Source: Desulfomonilia bacterium (GTDB lineage Bacteria > Desulfobacterota > Desulfomonilia > UBA1062). From it: a stretch of 64,000 nt of DNA. Shown in pieces: positions 9,839-19,043 of this stretch; within the stretch, counting starts at the first letter, position 1, and each line of letters begins with the position of its first letter. The notes beneath the pieces are model-generated. The model saw nothing but the letters and a program-made list of their open reading frames with translations. It was not told where the DNA came from and did not search any database. Location: NCBI GenBank assembly GCA_963664325.2, contig CAXXDQ010000005.1:32001-96000 (forward strand). Reading direction: 5' to 3'. A program made the position numbers and the translations under genes.

Positions 9839-10009
9839 CAGGGCGTCAGAACGATGCAGACCTAGGAGCGACGAAGCGGAAATGCGAGGCATACTTTTGA
9901 CGTATGTCTCTTCGCCTTCGGCTTGAGGTGCGAAACAGGAAGCTCACGATCCCATTTTCGCAGCGTTTTCGCAAGGAGTGACAACGGTATGCGAAGTTAT
10001 CACGCCCTG
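9839..10009 (+). mobile_element. MITE-like element, copy A
   Basis: Terminal inverted repeats CAGGGCGT/ACGCCCTG; the internal ~100 bp recurs inverted at 11000-11174. Confidence 0.65.
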
Positions 10010-10025
10010 TAAGATGGAGGAGAGT

Positions 10026-10865
10026 ATGAGTAAGTTTACATCATTCACAAAGGACGATATGCTGGCTTTCGAACCCGAAGCCAAGCTCGGCTTTATCGCA
10101 ACGGTTACTCCCGAGGGCCTGCCGCATATAACGCTTATAACAGCCATGCGCGCCAAGGACGAGACGCACCTGATGTGGGGGCAGTTCACTGAAGGGTCTT
10201 CCAAGACAAACGTGCTCAGCAATCCCAAAGTAGCATTCGCCATACTCAACCTGGAGAAGAACCTCTGGCGCGGCAAGGCGCTCTATACGCATAACGTGAA
10301 GGAAGGCGAGGACTACGTCCTTTTCAACAACCAGCCCATGTTCAGGTACAATTCATACTTCGGCATACATACCGTCCACTACATGGACCTCGTGGAGACG
10401 GCCGGCAAGGAGCCGCTCAAGCTGCCCGCCATAATAGCGTCATCCCTGATTACCATGATAAAAAGGCCGTTTGCCGCAACCGGCATTAAGGAGCAGATCA
10501 TGAAGCCGTTTGCAGTGGGGCTCTTCAACGGCATGCAGACGCTCAAGTTCATATCCTGGATAGGCACCGACGGCTTCCCGAGACTGACCCCGGTATTGCA
10601 GGCCCAGGCCCCTGACAGCAGAAGGCTCGTCATGGTCCCGCTGGCCTATGGCGATGAGTTGAAGGAAATCCCTGAAGGCGCGGACGTGGCTGTTTACGGC
10701 GCGTCGTTCAGCATGGAGACCTGCCTGGTGCGCGGCAAGTATCACAGAAAGCCCGGCCTGATCCCGACCGTGGAGATAGACCTGAACTGGGTGTATAATT
10801 CGATGCCGCCGAATGCGGGGCAGGTATATCCGGAGATTCCACTACAACCGGTCACGCAGTTCTGA
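10026..10865 (+). CDS. Tandem-domain pyridoxamine 5'-phosphate oxidase (split beta-barrel)-fold protein
   Basis: Two similar halves (KLGFIATVTPEGLPHITLI / KFISWIGTDGFPRLTPV), SKTNVLSNPKVA. RBS GGAGG before ATG 10026. Confidence 0.75.
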   Translation: MSKFTSFTKDDMLAFEPEAKLGFIATVTPEGLPHITLITAMRAKDETHLMWGQFTEGSSKTNVLSNPKVAFAILNLEKNLWRGKALYTHNVKEGEDYVLFNNQPMFRYNSYFGIHTVHYMDLVETAGKEPLKLPAIIASSLITMIKRPFAATGIKEQIMKPFAVGLFNGMQTLKFISWIGTDGFPRLTPVLQAQAPDSRRLVMVPLAYGDELKEIPEGADVAVYGASFSMETCLVRGKYHRKPGLIPTVEIDLNWVYNSMPPNAGQVYPEIPLQPVTQF

Positions 10866-10990
10866 TTCCGCTTCCCATTCAAACGCTTCCGTTGTCGGCT
10901 GCGTCGGAATGCTCCTCGGAGTACATAGATGAGTACACCTCGTCGCTTCCTCCTTGCCTCCTAGCAATCATCTCGAATGGAAAGCGGAAT
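10865..10990. mobile_element. MITE-like element with 16-bp terminal inverted repeats
   Basis: ATTCCGCTTCCCATTC (10865-10880) and GAATGGAAAGCGGAAT (10975-10990), one mismatch; non-coding interior. Confidence 0.65.
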
Positions 10991-10999
10991 TAATATGTT

Positions 11000-11174
11000 G
11001 GGCGTGATAACTTTGATGAGGGTTTTGACGGCCCTCACCCTTCGGGCACGACTACGTCGCGTCAATTTTCGTGATGCGAAAATTTGCATACCGTTCTCGC
11101 TCCTCGCGGAAACGTTGCGAAAATGGGATCGTGAGCTTCATGTTTCGCTCCTCAAGCCGAAGGCGATGAGGCAT
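11000..11174 (-). mobile_element. MITE-like element, copy B (inverted relative to 9839-10009, with internal insertion)
   Basis: The reverse complement shares CGCCTTCGGCTTGAGG..GAAGCTCACGATCCCATTTTCGCA..AACGGTATGC and AAGTTATCACGCCC with copy A, plus ~70 extra nt. Confidence 0.7.
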
Positions 11175-11390
11175 CATCTTGAATGCAGACCGGAATAATA
11201 AATAATTGTGAGCTATATTTTTAAAACTACAATAATTGGAAAAGTACTATATATAAATCAAGTTTGTGAACATAATTCGGATTATTGTTTATCTCAACAT
11301 AGTTTTTATTCATCATAAAATTATTGTAGAAACTATAACATGGTGATTTGTTATTTATATGATTTTGGAAAAAAGGCTAAAAGAGAATTA

Positions 11391-12281
11391 TTAAATTTCA
11401 CTGTTGATATGTATATGTGCAGTGAAAAGAAATCTAAAAGTCTCCAAAAAAATACATAACATAGTAAGACCTATATTAGCACTTGTTGAAAGTGTAAAAA
11501 TACAATCAAAAAATTCATAAATGAACCAGAATGAATAAATTCCCAACCAAATTTTTATAGGATATTGTAAGTAATACAACCAATAAGACCAAGTACGTTT
11601 TCTAAATAATCCATAAGTACCAATAAGTAATAGTGCTAAAAGTATAATAAAAAATATTATCTTCACCGATGTGTTATATAAATCAGATTGATTCTCAGAT
11701 GTTATCAAAACCAGTAAATATACAGAGAAACATATAATATCTAAAATTGACATACTATTAAGATATCTATAAGTATTTCTCTTGACATGACTTCTAATGA
11801 TACCAAATCTTATAAAAAGAAGTATTGGAAGAATTACAGGTAAAGCAATATTTATTACATCTGTTATTCCGATCTTAACCTTCACTGAAACATTACTAGG
11901 TGTTGAAGGTGGTGCGTCTTTAAATGGATATGGGAAATTTATATTTCTTGGTTTTCTATGCTCTATAATTGCTAATTTCTTTTCATATGATCGAATGTCT
12001 TCACTTAATAATTCAAAAGTTTTCTTAATTTGATATTTTTTTAATTCTGATATTTTGTCTTTTTTTGAAATCGTAACATATCTTATACTAAGTTCGTTTA
12101 TTCTATTATATGAATTAAATATTTTATCTCGAAGATCAATTGATTGTTTTTCATGTTCAATATTCAATTTTTCATTTTCTATGATGTTCTGTTTGTATTG
12201 CCAATAGATTCCACCTCCAAATATTGTACCTATAATAAAAGTTAAAATTGGAATGACTAGGTTTAATTTTGTATTCTTCAT
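11391..12281 (-). CDS. Hypothetical membrane protein (AT-rich)
   Basis: Long ORF in a very AT-rich segment; N-terminal TM, coiled-coil region, several C-terminal TMs. Start placed at MKNTK; the upstream TTG lies in a repeat. Confidence 0.65.
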   Translation of the reverse strand: MKNTKLNLVIPILTFIIGTIFGGGIYWQYKQNIIENEKLNIEHEKQSIDLRDKIFNSYNRINELSIRYVTISKKDKISELKKYQIKKTFELLSEDIRSYEKKLAIIEHRKPRNINFPYPFKDAPPSTPSNVSVKVKIGITDVINIALPVILPILLFIRFGIIRSHVKRNTYRYLNSMSILDIICFSVYLLVLITSENQSDLYNTSVKIIFFIILLALLLIGTYGLFRKRTWSYWLYYLQYPIKIWLGIYSFWFIYEFFDCIFTLSTSANIGLTMLCIFLETFRFLFTAHIHINSEI

Positions 12282-12292
12282 CACATCTGTCC

Positions 12293-12370
12293 AAAACAAA
12301 AGGTGTCAGGCCTTGAAATGGGACATAGTGATCAATTTGTCATTGATCAAGGCCAAGCACCTTTTGTTTT
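12293..12370. repeat. REP-like palindrome family copy 1 (GGTGTCAGGCCTTGA...TCAAGGCC)
   Basis: Imperfect hairpin AAAACAAAAGGTG-TCAGGCCTTGA...TCAAGGCCAAG-CACCTTTTGTTTT; the reverse complement aligns with 38716-38786 and 41219-41290. Confidence 0.8.
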
Positions 12371-12752
12371 AATTTGACCGTGCCTTTTTGGCTATTTTCC
12401 AATGTATCAGGAGTGCGATACCACCTGCTAATATGAACATCATTGATTTGACAAAAGTCTGGAAACCTTCTCTTTTCTCACCCTTTAAAGTAATTGCAAG
12501 AGCCTCTTGTCGTTTCTTTGATAGCTCCTCTTCTGATGGTCTTGTAGGTATTACCTTCGTATCACAGTGGCACTGCTTACTTTCCCAGTAACTATCATTG
12601 CTCTGATAAATGTTGTACTCATATGACTTCATAGTTAACGTTGGATTTACAATTTCAATAATACTGTATCCAGCAATACCTATGGATATCACCAAGCAAA
12701 CAACAGCAGCAAAGCAGACTGCAAGAGCATAAATTTCTAGCTTTGATTTCAT
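12369..12752 (-). CDS. Hypothetical two-TM membrane protein
   Basis: 127-aa ORF with RBS AGGAGAAGGA, N- and C-terminal TM helices, ending HWKIAKK. Confidence 0.75.
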   Translation of the reverse strand: MKSKLEIYALAVCFAAVVCLVISIGIAGYSIIEIVNPTLTMKSYEYNIYQSNDSYWESKQCHCDTKVIPTRPSEEELSKKRQEALAITLKGEKREGFQTFVKSMMFILAGGIALLIHWKIAKKARSN

Positions 12753-12887
12753 AGTTCCTTCTCCTTTTTTATTCTTAATGTATGATATTACATGCCGCAG
12801 AAACCAATGAACACCAGTTTAAATTGTATCACTAGCAACATTGTTTATCAAGAATAGGTGTATTGGACGCAAAAATGAAGAAATAAA

Positions 12888-12936
12888 AGGTGTCAGGCCT
12901 TGGGTCATTTTTACCATGAATCAAGGCCTGACACTT
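12888..12936. repeat. REP-like palindrome family copy 2
   Basis: AGGTGTCAGGCCTTG...CAAGGCCTGACACTT stem, same arm as copy 1. Confidence 0.8.
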
Positions 12937-12984
12937 AAAGGTTTTTCCTTGAAGTTTTACGAACCCCCGATTCGCCAGCAGGCG

Positions 12985-15144
12985 TTAGGGAATTGCGACG
13001 ACACGGAAACCGATCGAGTGGTTCCTGTCGCCCGGATTCATGCTGTCTCGCATCGCTGACCACAAACTCCATGTGTTGGCGGCGGGCGTGCACCATGCGC
13101 CTCCACGGAAAATGCGTCCCATATTGTTATAAGGCTCCCAGGAGCTGCCGTCAGTCGGCGCACCTATATAGTTATTGTGCCATGGATCCAGACACCACTC
13201 CTGGACATTGCCGTGCATATCATAGAGACCCCAGGCGTTCGGAAGCTTGGCGTCCACGGGATGAGTCGTGCTGGTCATAAGGTCCTCTCCGTACCAGGCA
13301 TAGTTTATCAGATCGGCAACCGAATCCCCGAAACAGAAGCGTGTCGTGCTGCCGGCCCGGCATGCGTATTCCCACTGCGCCTCGCTCGGCAGGGTGATAG
13401 TCAGGCCCGTTAACGCCGAGAGTTGTATGCAAAAAGACCTGGCTTCATTCCAGGTGACACTATCCACCGGGTTGTTCTCGGTGCCGGGGTAAACAGGCGC
13501 CTTGAAACGAGAGGGATTAACGCCCATGACAGCCGCATATTGTGCCTGGGTAACCTCTGTGGCAGCCATATAAAAACCCGGGAGTGTCACTGCGTGGACC
13601 GGAGTCGTGTAAGACGCAGTCCCATACTGATTGTCCGCGGTTCCCATCATGAACGTGCCTCCGGGTATGTAGACCAAGGAGTTCAATAAATAGACAATCG
13701 GAGCGCTGAAAACTTTTATCACACAGGTATCCGTTGCCTGCAGTCCGCCCGCATCTGTTACAGTCAACTCAAAGGTCAGTATTGATCCTGACGGCACAGT
13801 GGCATTGAATTGCGCTATGGCCGCATCGGGATTGGCAAGAGTTACCGAAGGCCCGCCGGTCTGCACCCATTGATATGAAGCGATTCCATCATCCGGGTCG
13901 GATGAACTTTCACCGTTGAGTGTTACCAGGGCCCCTGCGGATATGGTCTGATCGGGTCCTGCTTGGGCCGTGGGCGGTTCATTTGTCCAGGTTACGTTGA
14001 CAGTACACGTGGCACTCGATTTGAGACCCCCGTTATCGGTCACGGTCAGCTTGAATTTCAAGGCTGCTCCGCCAATACCTACATTGGGGGCCGTAAATAC
14101 AGGCTGCATGGAACTTGCATCGGAGAGGGTGACTGCAGGGCCTTCGGTCTGCTGCCAGTCATAAGAGGCGATGCCGTCATCCGGGTCCGTCGAGCCGGAA
14201 GCATCCAGGGTTACAACGGCAAACTCCGCGACGGTCTGATCAGTTCCGGCATCGGCTGCGGGAGCCGCGTTTATCCAGGTAACATTGATTATGCATTGCG
14301 CCGAAGACTTCAGGCCGCCATTATCCGTCACGGTCAGCTCAAAAGTAAGAGCAGCACCGGCGGGGCCTACATCCGGGGTTGTAAAGAAGGCCTGTATGGT
14401 ATCTGCATTAGTCAACAAGACCGTGGGCCCGCTGATTTGCTCCCACTCATATTGTGCGATGCCGTCATCAGGATCTGTCGAGCCGGACCCATCGAGGGTC
14501 ACCAGCATACCCTCCGCAACTGTCTGGTCCGGTCCTGCGACGGCTGTCGGAGGTTCGTTTGTCCATGTGACGTTAACGATGCATGAGGTTCTCGACGTCA
14601 GCCCTTTGCTGTCCGTCACTGTGAGTTCAAAAGTCAATGCTTCGCCTCCCTGATTCACTTCCGGTGACTGGAACGTGGTTGTAATCCCATTGGGATCCGA
14701 CAGCACGACTTGTGTGCCTCCGGTCTGTTCCCAGGCATACGAAATAATGTCGTTGTCAGGGTCGGTTGAATTGGATGCATCAAGGCTCACTAATACTTTT
14801 TCCGCCACTGTCTGGTCAGGTCCGGTATGTGCGACGGGCGGGCTGTTGTTGGTTTGGATAGTCCATGTCTGCGTATCCGTCCCGAGGGCATGGGTTACCT
14901 TGACCGTGAGGACGTGTTCACCTGCTGTGGCGGTGTAAACATACGACTCCAGCGAATTTGGAAGGGGTGCTTCGTCCAGGGTCCAGGCAAAGGTTCCGCC
15001 TGTGGGCAATATTTCAACACTGAAAGTCATCTGCTGGCCGAAATCCATAGCGACATTATCAGTGTTTGGTGACTTGGACAGGATGCAACCGCTCAATATG
15101 GCTGTAATAAAAAGCACGACAAGAATTGATAATGATCTTTTCAT
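12985..15144 (-). CDS. Lipoprotein with four PKD/Ig-like repeats and C-terminal FGE-sulfatase (SUMF1/C-lectin-fold) domain
   Basis: Lipobox LSGC after MKRSLSILVVLFITAI; four repeats N-x-PPxAxAGxDQTV...LDxSxSxDPD...WxQxxG...FELTVTD; FGE motifs GGTFMMG, TEVTQAQY, LPSEAQWEYACRAG, NAWGLYDMHGNVQEW, RGGAW, IGFRVV. Confidence 0.88.
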   Translation of the reverse strand: MKRSLSILVVLFITAILSGCILSKSPNTDNVAMDFGQQMTFSVEILPTGGTFAWTLDEAPLPNSLESYVYTATAGEHVLTVKVTHALGTDTQTWTIQTNNSPPVAHTGPDQTVAEKVLVSLDASNSTDPDNDIISYAWEQTGGTQVVLSDPNGITTTFQSPEVNQGGEALTFELTVTDSKGLTSRTSCIVNVTWTNEPPTAVAGPDQTVAEGMLVTLDGSGSTDPDDGIAQYEWEQISGPTVLLTNADTIQAFFTTPDVGPAGAALTFELTVTDNGGLKSSAQCIINVTWINAAPAADAGTDQTVAEFAVVTLDASGSTDPDDGIASYDWQQTEGPAVTLSDASSMQPVFTAPNVGIGGAALKFKLTVTDNGGLKSSATCTVNVTWTNEPPTAQAGPDQTISAGALVTLNGESSSDPDDGIASYQWVQTGGPSVTLANPDAAIAQFNATVPSGSILTFELTVTDAGGLQATDTCVIKVFSAPIVYLLNSLVYIPGGTFMMGTADNQYGTASYTTPVHAVTLPGFYMAATEVTQAQYAAVMGVNPSRFKAPVYPGTENNPVDSVTWNEARSFCIQLSALTGLTITLPSEAQWEYACRAGSTTRFCFGDSVADLINYAWYGEDLMTSTTHPVDAKLPNAWGLYDMHGNVQEWCLDPWHNNYIGAPTDGSSWEPYNNMGRIFRGGAWCTPAANTWSLWSAMRDSMNPGDRNHSIGFRVVAIP
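13715..14850 (-). repeat. Four intragenic tandem repeats of ~288 bp (PKD-like domains)
   Basis: Protein-level repeats of ~96 aa, with DNA similarity at the same period. Confidence 0.85.
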
Positions 15145-15725
15145 TGTAACCCTCCCCAAATAATTCTTAATTTTATATTTCAATAATCCAAATATAATAC
15201 CAATAAACTCCCTAAATTAATAGCATTATATTGTGGTTTGACGGAAACAGGGGGTTCGGGCCTAATCGGTCTGTTGCCATGATCAATTTTGGGGAATCAC
15301 AGATTACAGATTCACGGAGAGTCTGGTCAGACTTGGACATGTCTTAAAACAATATTCTGAAATATGCACATCAAAGTTTAAGAAAGTAACCGGAAATCAT
15401 GGGATCAAATGATATCCCATTTGATTCTTCCGGAATTGCCGGCATTGCGTTTGCGAGCTTCATTAAAGAAAAACAGGAGGACACGCTGATAGACAATTAA
15501 CTTACTTTTCTTTGAGTATCTGTAATCTCTCCGGATATGCCTTTTTCAACATAAAACTCCTGCTGTAAAGCAGAAGAGGATTATGCTAATTCATTATATG
15601 ACGGTCAAGGTTCACGGGCGGCTTTCATGGTCTTTCTTCATGCCGTTATGTGCATAGGCATGATTGCGGCAGGCGGTTGAACTTTAATGTGTCATAATCG
15701 AAGTAACAGACAGAGGAGGATAAAA

Positions 15726-17072
15726 GTGGGTGTAAAAATCGTTCTTATAGGCGCGGGCAGTGCGCAGTTCGGCTATGACACCATGGGGGATATTTTTCAA
15801 AGCTCAATCTTGCCGGGAAGCCATATCGTGTTGCATGACATTAATCCCGGGGCGCTTGATAGTGTCTTCAGAAACGGGCAGCAGTTTATCCGGGAGCATG
15901 AACTGCCATACACAATCTCGGCCACAACCGAGCGTAAAGAGGCGCTGAAAGACGCCAGTTTCTGCATTATCTCGATCGAGGCTGGCAACCGTTTTGCCCT
16001 TTGGAATCAGGACTGGAACATACCCCTGAACTTTGGTTTTCACCAGGTGATGGGCGAAAACGGCGGCCCCGGAGGACTTTTCCACGCCCTGCGCATCATT
16101 CCTCCCATTCTGGAGATCTGCGGGGACATTCAGGCCATCTGCCCGCAGGCGGTTGTGTTCAACTACAGCAACCCCATGACCAAAATCTGCACCACGGTTC
16201 ATCGCAAATATCCGGATCTCCAATTTATCGGACTGTGCCATGAGATCGAATCATTGGGGCAACACCTGCCGATTATTTTAAATACAAGTCTTGAGAATCT
16301 ACACTTGCGTGCAGGCGGCCTGAATCACTTCAGCATCCTGCTCGAAGCTGTTTACAAGGACGATGGCCGTGACGCCTATCCTGATATCCGGGCCAAGGCC
16401 CCGGCCTATTTTGAGAATATGGCCTCCCTGCGGGAAGTGGTTGACGAATTGAAGCAGATCGAGGCCGGTTCAACCCCAATGAGCGAACCGGCGCTGAGAA
16501 AACATGCCGGGAAATGGGCGGAACGCGGTGTTTTCAGGGTGCTGCTGGAAGAATATGGCTATCTTCCCATAACCACGGACAGCCATATAGGGGAATATAT
16601 ACCCTGGGCCCGGGATGCCGCCGACCAAAGGGCGATCCTTGATTTCTTCCACTTCTATCAGGAATGGCTAAGGAAGGATCCGGATATCGAGATCAAGCTG
16701 CATGAGCGCGTGGTGCCGATTATCGAAGGTATCATAACGGATTCCTGCTATGAGGAAGCGGCTGTGAATCTTCCCAACAGAGGATATATCGATGCGCTGC
16801 CGGGGTTCCTGGCGGTAGAAGTGCCTGCCGTCATAGGCAGGAATGGTGTGCAGGGTATACGTTTTGAAAAATTCCCCAAAAACTTTGCAGCTTTACTCTG
16901 CAACCAGGTGGGCGTGAATGATCTGATCGCCGAAGCTGTGATCAAGGGCTCGCGAGATCTGGCGCTGCAGGCGCTCCTGGCCGATCCGTCCGTGGACAAA
17001 TACCACGCCGCCTGCCGGCTGCTGGACTATATGCTGGTTTTGCAGGAGGATTATCTGGGATATCTGAAATAA
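15726..17072 (+). CDS. Glycoside hydrolase family 4 (NAD+/Mn2+-dependent alpha-galactosidase/alpha-glucosidase)
   Basis: KIVLIGAGSAQF, GENGGPGGLFHALR, NYSNPM, GLCH, GLNHF. GTG start after GAGGAGG. Confidence 0.92.
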   Translation: MGVKIVLIGAGSAQFGYDTMGDIFQSSILPGSHIVLHDINPGALDSVFRNGQQFIREHELPYTISATTERKEALKDASFCIISIEAGNRFALWNQDWNIPLNFGFHQVMGENGGPGGLFHALRIIPPILEICGDIQAICPQAVVFNYSNPMTKICTTVHRKYPDLQFIGLCHEIESLGQHLPIILNTSLENLHLRAGGLNHFSILLEAVYKDDGRDAYPDIRAKAPAYFENMASLREVVDELKQIEAGSTPMSEPALRKHAGKWAERGVFRVLLEEYGYLPITTDSHIGEYIPWARDAADQRAILDFFHFYQEWLRKDPDIEIKLHERVVPIIEGIITDSCYEEAAVNLPNRGYIDALPGFLAVEVPAVIGRNGVQGIRFEKFPKNFAALLCNQVGVNDLIAEAVIKGSRDLALQALLADPSVDKYHAACRLLDYMLVLQEDYLGYLK

Positions 17073-17082
17073 GGAGCCCGTC

Positions 17083-17352
17083 TCAGGGTCTGACGCCTGG
17101 CTGGGCCGGGTTTTCCTTTTCGCCTTTTGTCTTATTGCGGTCAGCTTCTTTATGGCAGCGCAGGCAGTCGGGATACTTGGGATGCTTTGTGACCGGGGCC
17201 CCGTTTATTCCGCTCTGATGGCAGCTGAGGCAGCTCGCATCCGACCTGCTGGCTATGGGATGTGTCACTTCAGGGGCCTTTTTGCACGCACCGAAAACGA
17301 GCAGCATGGCCATCATTATAATCAGTACTGCATTTTGAGATTTCATCAACAT
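17083..17352 (-). CDS. Small diheme c-type cytochrome lipoprotein
   Basis: Lipobox-like FGAC; CLSCH and CLRCH heme motifs, each preceded by an HP distal-ligand motif (NapB-like spacing). Confidence 0.8.
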   Translation of the reverse strand: MLMKSQNAVLIIMMAMLLVFGACKKAPEVTHPIASRSDASCLSCHQSGINGAPVTKHPKYPDCLRCHKEADRNKTKGEKENPAQPGVRP

Positions 17353-17475
17353 ATGTCCTCCTGATATATCTTTTATAAAACACTGGCAACCAGATAACTT
17401 TTAAATCAGCATACTCGTCAGCTTATTCAATAAAATATTTATAACACATCAGAATTCTGTCCCATCCATCTGCCG

Positions 17476-17900
17476 CTATGAGACCGTTTTGATTCCAAGG
17501 GTTTCAGTGCCCATATCGCCTCCGTAAATCAAGATCGGATTTATTGAGGTTTTACCTGAAATGGTCTGCCATTTGCGAAGGCTTCCAAGATAATCCTGGT
17601 TGAGTGTCTGGCCCGATTTTATTTCAACAGGCATCAGCTTGTTTCCCTTTTCGATAATCAGGTCAATCTCTGTGCCTGAGCGGTCACGCCAGAAATATAG
17701 GTTCGACTCCAGCCCGCTGTTGTATCGTGATTTCATGAGCTCGCTTATTATAAGGGTTTCAAATATAGAGCCCTTCATGGGATGATGCCTCATCTGTTCA
17801 ACATCCTGAATGGACAGCAGCCATGCGGTAAGACCCGCGTCAGGGAAATAGAGCTTGGGCGTTTTGAGGCCTCTTTTAAGAAATTTTCGGCCCTTCTTTT
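17476..17900 (-). pseudogene. C-terminal fragment of AAA-ATPase/DUF4143 protein
   Basis: KTPKLYFPDAGL, GSIFETLIISELMK, YFWRDRSGTEIDLI, PVEIKSG; no ATPase domain upstream. Confidence 0.75.
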
Positions 17901-18194
17901 TATCATGAGATATATTTACAGCATGTACGCTGATTGTCAATTGAACTTACAATCAGCCAGCCAGATTGATTTGATCCAGAAAACGGTAACCCCAGACTGG
18001 GAAGCTGATAACCCAGGACAATCATTGAGTGCTGTGATGTTTTTCATGCCCTTGTGATTTGCATTCCATATTGATAATATGCCCCTTGTGTTTCAGTGTC
18101 CTAACTGTCCGAATCCTTGCACCGGCAAACCCGGGGACGGCGGCATCTGCCTGATATGTATCAGGATTCGGGAGAATATTTGATTGGGGATTGA

Positions 18195-19043
18195 ATGGAA
18201 CAAGTTTCAATTGAGATAAGGGACCTGAGTAAAACATTCGGCGGGGTCGAGGCCCTGAAGGGGGTCTTTCTTGATATCCCGAAAGGGCGAATAACCGGCC
18301 TGCTGGGTCCGAACGGAGCCGGAAAAACTACTCTTATAAAGGCCATGGCCGGTTCGGTCAAGCCTTCGTCGGGCCGCGTTTCGGTCTTCTCTCACGACCC
18401 GGTAAGGATGAGGAAAGATCTCAGGAAGAGAATCGGCTACATGCCGCAGAATCCCTCGGTTTATGAAGACCTGAGCGCCAGCGAGAATATTACGTTCTTC
18501 GCCAGGCTTCACGGCCTGGAGGATCTGAATTCCAGAACGGAAGAGATCCTTGATTTTACTGGTCTGAAGGGCAGGGCCAGCGACCCTGTGCATACCTTTT
18601 CGGGCGGCATGAAAAAGAGGGTTTCCCTTGCCTGCGCGTTGGTACATGACCCCGAGCTCCTGTTCCTTGACGAGCCTACAGCCGCAATCGATCCCGTATT
18701 GAGAAAAAGGTTCTGGGAGATGTTCAGGCACCTTGCCGATCTTGGGAAGACAATAATCATCAGTACGCACCTGATGGAAGAGGCCCTGCACTGCGACATG
18801 CTGGCCCTCCTGTCAGAGGGGCGGGTCCTCGTGAGCGCCCCGCCCGGGACGATCCTTCAGAAAGGGAAGGCGGAAATCGAGCTCGGCATGAAGGATAAGT
18901 CGGTCAGAAAAGTTATTGAAAACACCCCCGAGAACATGGCCGGGGCGCTTCACGAATACGGGCTGGCCGAGACGGTCAAATCGCTTGAAATAACAAAACC
19001 GGACATCGAGAGAATCTTTCTCGAACTCATGGGCGGCAAATGA
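18195..19043 (+). CDS. ABC transporter ATP-binding protein
   Basis: GPNGAGKT, FSGGMKKR, LLFLDEPT, STH. Confidence 0.95.
   Translation: MEQVSIEIRDLSKTFGGVEALKGVFLDIPKGRITGLLGPNGAGKTTLIKAMAGSVKPSSGRVSVFSHDPVRMRKDLRKRIGYMPQNPSVYEDLSASENITFFARLHGLEDLNSRTEEILDFTGLKGRASDPVHTFSGGMKKRVSLACALVHDPELLFLDEPTAAIDPVLRKRFWEMFRHLADLGKTIIISTHLMEEALHCDMLALLSEGRVLVSAPPGTILQKGKAEIELGMKDKSVRKVIENTPENMAGALHEYGLAETVKSLEITKPDIERIFLELMGGK

Noticed and set aside
13715-14850. Periodic DNA repeats as a CRISPR array
   Set aside because: The period is ~288 bp, the repeats are in frame inside a CDS, and there are no spacers or cas genes.
16811-16823. GGCGGTAG as an RfaH ops site
   Set aside because: Lies inside the GH4 coding region, lacks the nnTG ending and is far from any operon leader.
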